Below are positions 12,995 to 28,500 of a stretch of 64,000 nt of DNA, piece by piece (position 1 is the stretch's first letter; every line of letters begins with the position of its first letter). Position numbers and translations under genes: made by a program. The notes under the pieces were generated by a model. It had not been told where the DNA came from and did no database searches. It saw only the letters and a list, made by a program, of their open reading frames with translations. Source of the DNA: Dimorphilus gyrociliatus (Eukaryota; Animalia; Annelida); the NCBI GenBank assembly GCA_904063045.1, contig CAJFCJ010000002.1:2068422-2132421 (forward strand). Reading direction: 5' to 3'.

Positions 12995-14289
12995 TTAGTT
13001 AAAACATTTAAATGGTGAATGACTAGATTTCCTTCTAAGCCTATGCTGTGTAGGATGAAAAGTAACAGAGAGCTTTTTATTATTGCTACTTTTCTTCTTT
13101 TTTTTCTTCTTTTTCTTTTCTTTCTTGACTTTGCATGAATTTTCTTCGTCGTCTTTTTCCTCATCTTCGTCCTCATCGTCGGCCAAGTCGACATCCCCAA
13201 CTAAAAAAAATTGAATATTTATTTAAGATTATTAATATTTATAATCACAACAGTAGCTGGTGTCACTTTTTGTTTGTTTATTGTTGTTTCATTTATATAT
13301 TACCTTCCTGAACGTAACGATACTGGGATAGTGATGAGTTTCGCGCATTCTCCCTACTAAATTGCATATGACTTTGTGCCAAATATGTAAAAATATCATT
13401 AACATTTTCATTATTTTTTACAGAAGTCTTGAATAATTTCATGTTCATTTTCTTCGCTAAATTATCAGCATCCAATCTTGAAGAGATTTTGTATAATGGT
13501 AGTAAATATAGGGAAGGTAGGAAGAGAATTTAGTGGGACAACCAAAAAAAAAAAATGAATAAGGAAATTAAATAATCATTTAATTCAAAGTTTTCTTATT
13601 ATTTATAAAAGCATACTCAGTTACTAGAGCGCCTCTTATTAAATCCATTTTATTCAAAACTAACACAGTATTTACATGACCCACTTCATCGATTACCTTA
13701 ATAAAGAAATATTTCGTTTTTTAATGATCATATGTTTATTTTAAAAGATCGAATAGAGGGGGAAAACCTTTTGATTCCATATTGGTACAGCTTCAAATGA
13801 ATCACTGTCAACAGTTGAAAATACTATAATGCATGCTTGAGCACCTGGATGAATACAATTCTTCTCTCAGAAAATATCGATATTATAAAGTAAAGATTAT
13901 GTAACCTCTATAGTATGATTTTGTTATTGCATCGTACTCTTCTTGTCCAGCAGTATCCCATAGCATAAGACGAAATAAATCCTCTTCTATTCTGCTCAAA
14001 CAGATAATTTCTATAATTAATCCCTATTTTACATTCACTATGGATGCTTACTCTATTTCCTTCTCTAAGAAATCAACTCCTATAGTCTTTTTATAATTCT
14101 TAGTAAAAAATCCTTTGCAATACCTTTTTAAATATAGAATTCATAAGAATCATGTAAATATTGAGGTATTTATGCTTCAGAAATTCATAAAATAGTCAAT
14201 GATTACCTTTGAATCATAGAGCTTTTTCCAACGGCACCGTTGCCGACTATTATGACTTTTATACAAACCTCGAAATCCTCTTCAATCAT
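12995..14289 (-). CDS. RAB23: Ras-related protein Rab-23, multi-exon
   Basis: ATG at 14289 gives MIEEDFEVCIKVIIVGNGAVGKSSMIQ. Later exons give YCKGFFTKNYKKTIGVDFLE, LMLWDTAGQEEYDAITKAYYRGAQAC, NKMDL and KTSVK. The last exon ends FKCFN*. Confidence 0.93.
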
Positions 14290-14930
14290 ATTTGTACCTG
14301 AAATTAGATATAAGAAAAATATTAACTAAAATAAACCATTTTTCTCTTCGTTAAGCGATTCATAGTAGTATGGATTAAGATTAATGGCTCGGAATTCAAG
14401 TAAACTTTAACTTGCATATCCAACCAACGTAAAACATACATATATCTACTGTATAATTTTTATATATATATACATTGAAATGTAAATATACAAGCTTTTC
14501 TGTAGTAAAATATGAATATTGTATAAATAATAATATTTATTACTTTAGCGCAAATGTATAAATCCAATTGGAATTTTGAGGCGGTATGAACAGATTTTCC
14601 AATAGATTTTTAATCCCAAAAGATTATTCTATAAGGATTAACTAGTTCTACTCTGTTATAGCTGCAGGCCAATCTTTAAATTGGCAATTATGCTAATTAG
14701 ACTATTTAATTCTAAAAAAAATCCTTTATTTTACGTAATATAGGGACTCATTAAAATTTTCTCTATCTGTAGCATTTTATACAGTATTTATTTAGTTTTA
14801 TTTAATGAATTTAAAATATAGCTAAAATTTTGGCGCCCTATTATTACCAGTTTTCAAAGCCGAGTATTCGTTATATTTTACTTTTGTAACCGGTTAACTT
14901 GTATTTCCTGTTAGTCATCATTCTCACGAA

Positions 14931-18168
<3,238 letters not shown>

Positions 18169-18265
18169 AAATAGTAAAAATGTATACCAATAACTCAGAA
18201 AAAAGGACGAGAAACAGCATTTTTGTAAGATACATTTATTCGACGGTTAAATAAAGTTCTATTGT

Positions 18266-19659
18266 TCAATCATCAAGTTCACTCTTATTTAAGTCACGTT
18301 TCAAGGGTTCTATTTCCGGTATATTTGACCTCATTCCGCTTTCATCGACCTCAGGAGTGTTAACGGCCTTTCGTAGCAAAAATCTATAGAATACAGTTGC
18401 CAATCCTGATCCACCTATGGGCCCCAACCAATAGATCTAAATTTACAGTGGAAGCGAATAATTTTACAATTAACAGGCTTATTTGAAAGATTTTACCCAA
18501 TGACTTTCCCAAATTCCTCGTACAACCGCAGGGCCTAATGTTCTTGCAGGATTTAAACTACCGCCACTATAATTCCACTGAAATTATTACACCATAGCAA
18601 GTTAAAATATTTTAGGAATTTTAAAAGTTTACTGACCCCCGTTAAAATACCAACTGTCACAGAAAAGCCTACAGGTAATGCTGGCATTCGAACCTAATTG
18701 AATTTGTGTTGGTTATTGTAGCTGGAAATAACGTATTTAAAGCAGTAGACCTAACCTTTCGACGATGATCATCAGTGCTTGCCAAAATGACAAATACCAA
18801 CTGGCCAGTTACCCACATTTCCACTATCAAAGCTTTCCAAGTAGGAACGTCGACTGCAGGAACGGTTGCTCCTAGATTACCTATTTTTTCTATAGGTGTC
18901 ATACTGTTAAGTAAAAAAGCGAAAGATATAGTAATGACGGGATTTCGGGTTTCAATATATCATCTTTATGCGTCTCAGTAACGCGCTATAATACTCTAAC
19001 AATTATATTTTTAAGCGAAAATGGTGAAAAGAGTTTTGAAAAGAATAAAGAAATTTTCGATAGCAATATTGATATATGAGATAGTTGTTGTCATCATTTG
19101 GAAAAGTATTTAAGAGATCTTCAAAAATAGACTTACAATCTAATGAAAAACGAACCAGCTACAGCACCCATACATTGTGAAAAAGTATAACATATTCCTG
19201 GAAAAAGAGGAAGACCTTGCAATCGTTAATAGTATAGAATATCATCGGGATTCAATCACCTTTTAATATCGTTATATTCTTAAATAGAACAAAGCTAAAT
19301 GTTACTGCTGGATTTAGATGAGCTCCTCCCAAATGTCCGAAGCTTTCTACTAGAAATGCAACTGCTAAACCAACAATTAAACCACACTGAAAGAAAGAAG
19401 AGAAATTTATCCTATTTTACAAAAATACTATATTCTCTATAAAAGACATTTACAAAAGAACCATAATTACTTTCACCGTCTTAATAGTGAACCTACCTAC
19501 CTCAAGGGGAGTAGATTTTGTATCTTTCTCAAAATTTAAACTAATCGCACATATGCAAGCCAAGAGAAGAAATGTTGCCAAGAATTCGGCGAAAATATCT
19601 CTCCAAAAGGTTTTCGAAGCAATTTCAAGTTTCATTCGATTGCAGTATGAATTTGTCAT
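18266..19659 (-). CDS. Aquaporin (classical, AQP4-like MIP), multi-exon
   Basis: TM1 FWRDIFAEFLATF, first NPA in GHLGGAHLNPAVT (about 19300-19345), second NPA in GSLNPARTLGPAVV (about 18525-18565). Stop TGA at 18266-18268. Confidence 0.92.
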
Positions 19660-21088
19660 TTTGATATCGTCTTAAGTCTTTAAATGTATTTACTGCAAAG
19701 AAAGAAATATGACAAATTTTAACAAAAGTTCAAAAATAATTACTTACATATATACATATATATATATATATAAATATATATATATTATCTTTCTAAGTAT
19801 ATAGAGGAAAAACGCTAGATAGCTTCAACGATTTTTTTTTGCAGACTACTACAATCTACTGCAATAGTCGAATGACGTCGCCTCGTATAAATCAATGGTC
19901 TGGCGTCTGCGCTGTTTTTTTTTCCTGACAAATTTTTCAGTAGAGAACTATTTTTTCATTTTATAAATATACCATTGTATATCGCAATCTTAATTATTAC
20001 GATTATTCTTATTCATACCTCTATGAATAGAATGATCTAGGGAATGATTGACGAGGAGTATTCAATTGTTACTTTCCATATATATATATATATAAAATAC
20101 AATTTCTATGAGCAATATAAATCCTAGATAAAACTATACGTCTACTATATAAATAAATATATATATATATACTGTATATATATAATATATATGCATTATT
20201 TGAACTGATAAAGGAATAACAACAATAAAAAATAATATAATAACTTCAAACCAATACTTACATGCAAGAAAGTTAAAAGTAAAAGTGATTATTGAATAAT
20301 ATAAATATATAATAAAAAAAGAATAATTCGCGTTTTTCTGCTTCTCTTCAAACGTCAATCTTCAAGTTAAGAGACGAATTCGATCTCAATTGGCTTATAT
20401 CAAGTATTAAAAGATCTTAATGTTACATTATTTACTTTTCAACTAGTTAAATTAAACATGTTTGTCATTTTGGTTTTGTTCACTAATTTCATTAGAAAAT
20501 AAGTTATTAACAATTAAACTTACTAAGGCTTCCTTAAAGATGATAAGTTTCTTCTCTTCCCGCCCCCCTGCCGTTTCTTTCTTCGCTATAAAGTAGATGA
20601 TATCTTTTACTGGTTAGTAGCGAATAAAAAATGGAAGAAGCGGAATGTGTTAAATGAGATTTGTTGCAGCCTTAACTAGTTTATTTTGTTAAATGAACAA
20701 GCTTTAATAGTCAGGCCATCCTCTTTTATATGTAAAGTAGAAAAAAAAAAGAATAGATTGGGCCTACTCCGAGTAGAATTTTTAAAATTGATTTTCTTTT
20801 CTTACAATTCCCTTTATTACATTTTCTTTTGTGTTTTATTCATTTTTCTTCAGAACTGATAGGAGCATTTATTTCTATAGTTTTCAAATAAAACATGAGA
20901 AAGAGTACAACTTTAATTTTCACTATCTATCTGCAAATTGTATTTAAAATACCAAATCCCCTCAACCAACGCCTATTTTTTTTCACACTGCTGAAGGAAT
21001 TAGGCCAGCGTTTTCTCTACATATCTCTCTTTTTTTCTCTTTCTCTCGCTCTCTCTCTCACTCACACATATATACAATCACTCGCACA

Positions 21089-21096
<8 letters not shown>

Positions 21097-21152
<56 letters not shown>
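21097..21152. repeat. (CT)n microsatellite
   Basis: Perfect dinucleotide run. Confidence 0.97.
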
Positions 21153-21160
<8 letters not shown>

Positions 21161-21268
21161 TTCTTTATATCTGTCTATTTCTTTCTTTCCGCCTTCTTTC
21201 TTATTTTCCAATTTATTCTTTTGCTCGTAGTCTTTCTTTACACTAGTAAAGCCGATAGATGGCGGCCC

Positions 21269-22384
21269 TTAGTCAGATATGGGATATTTTGCTGCTTTAA
21301 GTCTATTTTTTTCCAGCCATATCCTGACACCGGCCTCCTTAGATTTTAATTCTGATCTAGGACATATTAATTTAGGTAAATCAATTGAACTGTCTTCATT
21401 AATATCTTCCTCTTCTTGTTCTTCCATATCCCCTTCCTTTTCGTCTCTTTCCGGAGCTTCCGGCTTTTTAACTTCGATTTCTATATTATCTTCCTTCTTA
21501 TTTTCCTCAACAGTGCTAAGACTGGCATTATCAACCCAAGATTTTCTACTGGCAATAGATTTTTTAGGCTTTCTTCCTTGCTCAGTAGATAGTGGCTCTT
21601 CTGCCTCTTCACCTTCCCCCGCCAGCTTATTGATCAGATCAGTCATATTCGATTCATTCTAATAAAAGGGAGGAGCATGAATTTTTTAGTGATAGTAGAG
21701 AGAGAGAGAGAGAGAAAAAAAATGAAGGATTAACTAAGAGAAAAGGAGTGAAAAGCAAATATATTTTTTAATAACTTACCGAATCCTTGTCCAATATTTC
21801 CCTATTTTTGAATAGAAATGTGATAGCGTCAAATTCTTGTATAATGTCATTCTGTTGTCGGTAAAAAAGAGATATTCCATAACGTTCGATAAAATTCGAT
21901 AGGTTATACAAAGATTAATGGAATAATTTGCTATAGTTAAAACATATAAAAATTGTGTAAACTGTGAATTTATTACGTATTTATAGCGTACTCTCGTTGC
22001 TCTTAATTTCGAATAAAATATATCCAAAAGGAAATATAGGGTAATTAAATAAACGTTTCTGTTGTGGAATACCTCAAAGTCATTTTCTTCGCTGTTCTTT
22101 ACAAACATTAGATTTCCTTCCTCATCTCTAACCAATTTGAATTCCTTAGAGTAAAAGTCTAGTCTAGACTTGAAAGATGGTTCCTTTTCCGAATCGATAT
22201 TATTGTTAGGCGTTTTATTGAAATTCTGAAGCAGTTTTGGATCTCTTAAAGAATTTATATAATCTATATTTTCTTGATTAGTTGTAGAAACATCCTCTTT
22301 TTCTCCATTCAAAGTACTGTTGAACTTTTGCTTTGAATATTGGTAAAGATTAGTCGATTCGTCTATTAGCGAAGGGATATTCAT
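21269..22384 (-). CDS. Uncharacterised acidic, largely disordered protein of about 257 aa, 3 exons (22384-22073, 21851-21780, 21658-21269)
   Basis: Both introns are GT-AG and phase 0, joining into one open frame. The start codon is uncertain. The C-terminus is a compact LPKLICPRSELKSKEAGVRIWLEK segment. Confidence 0.6.
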
Positions 22385-23225
22385 TGTCGAGTGGATTTGA
22401 GAATAAACTAACAAAACTGGGACATGTTGTTGCCAAGATATTCTTATTGTACGGATTAATGAACGATCACGCGACGGTTAATGCTCCTCAATGGGACTCT
22501 TTTATTCCCATATCGATTACTTCTCACTGTGATGTAGGATGAATTTAATTCTTTCAAATATTCAAATTTCTTTCTTTAAATACTAATTTTTTCAATTGAA
22601 TTACTTAACAATAACAACAATAGTAAAACCACAATAATAATAATTAGTCTAATTACTTCAATTGTCAAAGCGGATGTCTGCTAGGGATAAAACTAAACAA
22701 ACAGTCAAGTTTTCCAATAGAAATAGATATTTAGAAAATAAAGAGGAGGAAGATGATAGTACGGAAGAATCTTTCACAACTTCCTTTCCACAACATCAAA
22801 CTGCACGTTTTAACGGTCTTCCGAATAAGTCTGGGAATTTTTGACGATAAAAGCGATTTATTGATTTTCCCATTACACTAGGCCTAAGTGCTTTTCGTTT
22901 CTTTTAAATATTTAGATGGCATCCTTTACCATCGTCGGTTAATTAAGCTTTTCTTATGGCAAAGTAAAGACGAATAAATTGAATCTTAGGATGTTCATTT
23001 GTTAACCTTTGTGTTTTGAAATACATGCAGATGGCGCTGTCTATTCTGTTAACTTTTTGTGCAAACAATTAAGAAAATGAATGATAAATAGCGGGAGCCG
23101 AGATAAGACTGTAAAGAAAACTAATTTTTTTGTAAACACTATATTAATAGGCCTACTTAGTTTAATAGAATTCGCCTTTATCGTCAAGTAATCCGATCTT
23201 TCAAAAGTATCCAGCAAAGCAACAT

Positions 23226-25219
23226 ATGAACGTGAACAGTTTGAATGCCGCTTGCGATAAGCAGAGAAAGTACTTAATGAATGTGTTAACTGTAATTGTC
23301 GTCGGGGGTATTATAACTGCAACAGTCCTCCTCCTTAGAAAATCGGCAATAGAAGATATGACAGATAGAAAAAGCAATCAACAATCAACCAATGTCGACA
23401 AATCAAAACTATCTAAACTTAACATGAAAGATAGATGTTATCTTTCTAAAAACAAAACATGCTATCATCCCAATTGTATTATATCATCATCCAATCTGCT
23501 GTCTGGAAGAATTCAAAAGATATCAGCTTGCCAAAATTATTATAAGTATTCTTGTGGGGGTGAAACAATTACACGCCTGGACGCCATCAATTCGAAATTA
23601 ATTAGGATCTTTGATCAAGATTTTCGCTATTTTGTGAAGAGATTTAAGTAATATCATCTTTGCAATTATCCTTTTTATAGATTGAATAACATATATATGT
23701 AATCAGTTTAGTTCTGATTGCATGTTTGTATTACAAAATTCTTTATAAGATCTACAGATGAGGAATTATTTACCGAAATTCGCAAATTTTACTTTTCGTG
23801 CTTGGAATCTGTATTGTCTGAGGAATATATCATTGGAATAATGAGAATCTTCAACAGAAATAGATTAAATCCCTACGATTCTGAATGGGATGAACAAAAT
23901 TGGAACTATAGTAATGCTCTTGGGATAGCTTTAAAGTATGGTTTATTACCAATCAATTTCCAAGAAGAACATGGTGTTCCAGTTGTAGAAATCAAAGAAA
24001 ATTTAAAGGTCAATTTAATAAGGAACTACGCTCTTGTAGAAAGATTTCGAAAGAAGAAGTTACTTTTTATCAAAGAATTAGAAAGGGACAAATTTATAGG
24101 CAAAAGGTCAAATCAAGTGATAGAAAGGGCGATAGTTGAATCTTTTAGGGTTGAAAAACATAGTTTTAAAGTAAATATTCATCCAGAAACAGCTAGTTTA
24201 CTTTCATTTGGCGAGACTTTATCTCCGATCAAAGGCGCGTCTTTACTAATTAGTATAGTCTTATCGGATGCTATTGATAAAGTTTACGATTACGAATTGA
24301 TGGATATTGCAATTAGGTATTTTTTTTTAAAGGATCCCTTTACCATTTTTATTACCCTAAGACTCTTTTTAAAACAACGTTTATGTAATATAGAAAAGAA
24401 CATTGCGCCAGTTACGTAACTAAACTTACACCGCACGTGGCTTTGACAATGATCAACTCTTACGAAATCATTAAAGAGCCAGAACCGCTAAATTTCTTAA
24501 CTGATGTCCCAAAGAAGATCGCTTCTATACTCTTAAAGAAGTGGAAGAAGCATAGTTTTCCGGAAAGGTCCTTTGGGTACATTACAGACTCAATAGGAGA
24601 TTTATTAAAATTTTGGAAAAAACCGGATATTAAGATTGTTTATCGTACATTTAAATTTCCTCGTAGGGAGTTTTCCGAAATGTATTCGTATGCGTTCAAG
24701 AATTATGCTAACAATTGGTTAAATAATCTTAGACAATGGAGTCTTTTGCATATTGGATTAGAGAATTTCGAAAGCGGAAGGGATATGTTGTCCGATATTT
24801 TTCGATATACCCACGCTTTATCGGTTAATCTTGTGAAAGGTCTATTCTCTCTTCATCCGGCGCATCATCCTGAAGTATCAGTCTTCTTAAAATCATTTAA
24901 TAATTGTTTAAAGAGAAAATTCAAAGAACTGTCAGAAAGCGACATGCGGAATACATTAATCGATAAGATCGCTTTCGAAATCGTTTACGAATTTATGACG
25001 AAATACTATGGAGCATCGGCCGTAAAATTACCAGGATTTCAAGGTCTTTACACGCCGGAAAAGGTGGCTTTTCTATTAAATTCTCAATCATTATGTAGAA
25101 TCGGTGGAAGAAAACGAATGGAAAGAGTAATTTACACTTATTCAACAAAATTCAAAGAAACTTTTTCATGTGACAGATCCATTTTGATCAATTTCGCAGA
25201 ATGTTCTATTTTCGAATAG
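23226..25219 (+). CDS. Neprilysin/ECE (peptidase M13)-like type II membrane protein, probably catalytically inactive, 604 aa, 3 exons (23226-23647, 23750-24316, 24394-25219)
   Basis: N-terminal TM anchor, M13-type Cys pattern CYHPNC...CQNYYKYSCGG, KFYFSC, HCASYV, and C-terminal PGFQGLYTPEKVAFLLNSQSLC...KFKETFSC...ECSIF. Two phase-2 GT-AG introns join the three ORF pieces. No HExxH motif found. Confidence 0.72.
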
Positions 25220-25594
25220 AATATTTTATTTTTGTTACCTAATTTGATAAACTGATTATCATGTGTGAATAAAGTTAATTAACTGAAAAAAGGGCTGAAT
25301 CTCGTAAAATCAAATTAATATGTTTATTTGTGAATATAAAATAGAAATTCTTTCAGACAACCGGATATATCGCAACACAAACACAACCTTTCGGATAAAA
25401 TTTGCGTTTTTTTCATACAATCGCCAAAATACAACCCACAAACGAAAAATCTCATTGCAACTTACTTCACATGAGCTGATAAAAATTAAGAGTTTTTAAA
25501 GGATTTCTTGTTTAAACGAGAGATTCGGAGGGAACAGTTAATGGTGGAACTCAAATACTTAAACATCATTCTAAAGACTTCTTTTTCAATATGA

Positions 25595-28500
25595 TTAATA
25601 CAAGAGAATTCTCTTCTCAACGGATTTTCTACAAATCGGACATTCATGCATTCGGTCACCACATAATTGGCATGTTCCGTGCCCGCAAAGGAATATCATA
25701 TTCTTTATCCTATCCATACAAACTGGACAGCAAGTCTGTATAAAAGAGGAAAAGTTAATATCATAATGCGCCAATAAACTTGTATTACGACTGTTAAAGT
25801 AAAAATAAAAGAACCTGATCCTTAATATCTTGCAGCTGTTGCTGTAGCTTTTGAACGTCTTTGATAGAATTATCTGCTCTACCGTTATTCATTATTGTTG
25901 CGCTAGGCGTAGAAGGAGCTGGTGGTGGTGTTCCGCCGCAACATACAACAAATGGCACCATCTTGTCAATATTCGATCGACATTGAACGCATTTCTTCAT
26001 TAGGCTACCGCAGGCTAAATTAAGAAAGCAAATTATTATATAACAGGGCTCTTTGGAAGCGTCCCTATTTGTTTTTAGCTTACTATGACAGGCGCACATG
26101 TGGCCGCAAGGCTTGAAGAGAACGCTAGCCTTCTTGTCCGAGCACACGACGCATTCTTCAATCTGTCAGACACGTGTTTTACTTAAAAAATGAGAAATAT
26201 AAGAATGAGGAAATTTTAAATAACCTTCGTTCTTGATTGTACTGTTTCTTTACACATTAGACACTTTTTCACTCTTGGAGAGCAGAGGGAACAAGTGGTT
26301 ACATGGCCACATGGCCCGAATAAAGTATCTCTTCTTAGGTCTGAACAGACCATACATTCTTCAACGCTTTCGCTTTCGCTACCACAAGATGGCGTGTTCG
26401 CGTGAAGGCTTTGGGGGGCTCTTTCTCTGTGACACTTAACTAGAGTCTTGCACAAATTAGGATCAGGGCATAGATCTAGAGGACTCTGTCCTTTCTTATT
26501 TTTTATTTGTAAATCTGCTCCATTAGCCGCCAAAAAACAGGCGATAGACGCAGAAGACTTTTTGTCTGTCCCTGGTGTTCCTAGTCCCATTAGCAACTTT
26601 CCAACGTCGTGCATATCCTGCAGTTGGCGCAACTGCGATAGCGTATGATGACGTAACGCCTCATGGAGTGGCGTATCTCCATCTTTATCACAAATGTTCA
26701 GATTACAACCTTGTCTTACTAGGAGTCTTACTATCTGCGTATGCTGACGTTCGACCGCAAGATGGAGTGCTGTTTGTTCGTTAACATTCTGAATATCCAT
26801 ATTTGATTTTCCCTGAACAACTAGGAGTTCAGCTACTTCTAAGTGGTTATTTAAAGCTGCTAGGTGCAAAGCTGAAATAGTAAAGAGGAAATGCTTTACA
26901 CTGATAAAATCTCATTTAGTCTAAGACTTATTAAGAACCTGTGTAACCGTCGTCCTTCTTTTCATCCACAAGCCACGGTCTGCTTAGCCTTGATAAGAGT
27001 ATTCTCATGGCACTGTCCGGGATATTTTATAATAAATAAATAGAGAGATGCAGGACTAGAGATTGATAAGCATATGTTTCCTATTAACTAATCTATATCG
27101 ATGATGCAACAAAGGAAAAGAAAGTTGGTTACTTTCTTTGTCTTATTTTATTATCTCTTTATTAGATAATAAAACCAATTGCATGATGGTTTAATCCGAT
27201 CCCGATAAAGCCTTTTGGTTTAATTGCCTCCCATTTTTTAGAAAATCTTTTGGAATATAACTATAGTTCGAGAAATCTGTGAGAGTATGGAAAAACCGAT
27301 CCGTCCCTTAAAAGTGCAAACCTATAGCGGTTACCATAGTTACCATGTGGTACACGGCGGAGGGTCAAGTGTTTATTTTTGGCAAACCGTTCCTTGCATA
27401 GTTCGCAGGAAATATTTTTCTAAATATAGGCCTATGGGGAGAAACGCGGAAAAGAGGCTGGAATCGCAGAAATCGACTATAGGAGGGTGTAAAAAATATC
27501 GTATGGTTATAAATGGAACAGCGAAACGGTTTGTAAGTTTGTAGGCGTTCGCTTTTTATAGACCAAGTTTTTTACAAACAACCTGGCTTTTCAAATATAT
27601 ATATTTATACAATAGCCTTCTAGAATATCTTTTACGCTTCTTAGGCCTCGGATGAAGCCTTCATCGTTAAACAAACCCACCTTTGTTACGGGATGCTATT
27701 GGAAAGTGTCGTTAGAGGACGTCAAACGGTGTACAAACAACTTTCAAATTCAGAACCCTTTTTGGCACCCTCTTATCAGTACTTTTTATATAATATTTTT
27801 AAAAAATCATCATAGATCAAAGACCAACCGCAAAAATAAGTTTATATACGTAACTAAATTCATAGCGTTTTTCGCGCGGTTTTTTTTGCTGTTTACGAAC
27901 CAAATTGAAACCGTATACATTAACAGATTACTCATACATCTCATCGCCGAGAAATCCCGAAAAAAAAAACTTTGGACCAATCAGAGAGATGGAAAAAGCG
28001 GAAACCAGTCTAATATGCAGATTAGACAACGACCCGCGCTGTTGCTATCGCCTTCATTCGACCTCGGCGGACGGCGTTGAAAAGTCAAAATCAATTTGAA
28101 CTGTTCAAACAGTGAACTCTAATCTTTTAGTGTTCATTTGAAACAGAATGGAACCGAATTTGATGTAAGTTTGTGCGATTTTGTTTAACTGTATCGGCCA
28201 TAAAATTTGAGTCTTTGGCTATCTGATATTCTAATTCGAGTCTATTTTTAGAACACCAAACTTTTGCCGCGCCCTCGTTTGTACCAAGATAACTTTAAGC
28301 AGCAGCCCATTCATCCAAACATTGGGTGGCTGTATTTTTAGACTATCAAACTTAAGTTAAAGATGTATTTAAAGTAAAACTAATAGCGATTTTACGATTT
28401 CGATAACGTTTTCATTAACTTGAGCTACCTAAGAAATGCACCATAAAAAAGTACTTTAGTTTAAAAGTCAGTAAAAAGAACTACAAATGGTGTGAAATAA

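Noticed and set aside
20895-21230. 111-aa ORF with SLSLSL repeats
   Set aside because: It is a translation of the (CT)n microsatellite.
22662-22844. 60-aa + strand ORF (MSKRMSARDK...) upstream of the M13-like gene
   Set aside because: TTG start, no convincing splice link or family similarity.
27287-27544. 85-aa ORF in the MIB1 intron
   Set aside because: Its frame does not splice productively at the 27533 donor as well as the ATG-27513 frame does (it hits a stop at the end of the next exon); no recognisable motif.
28242-28251. Perfect MEF2 consensus CTATTTTTAG
   Set aside because: It coincides with the polypyrimidine-AG acceptor of the candidate gene's last exon, which explains it more simply.
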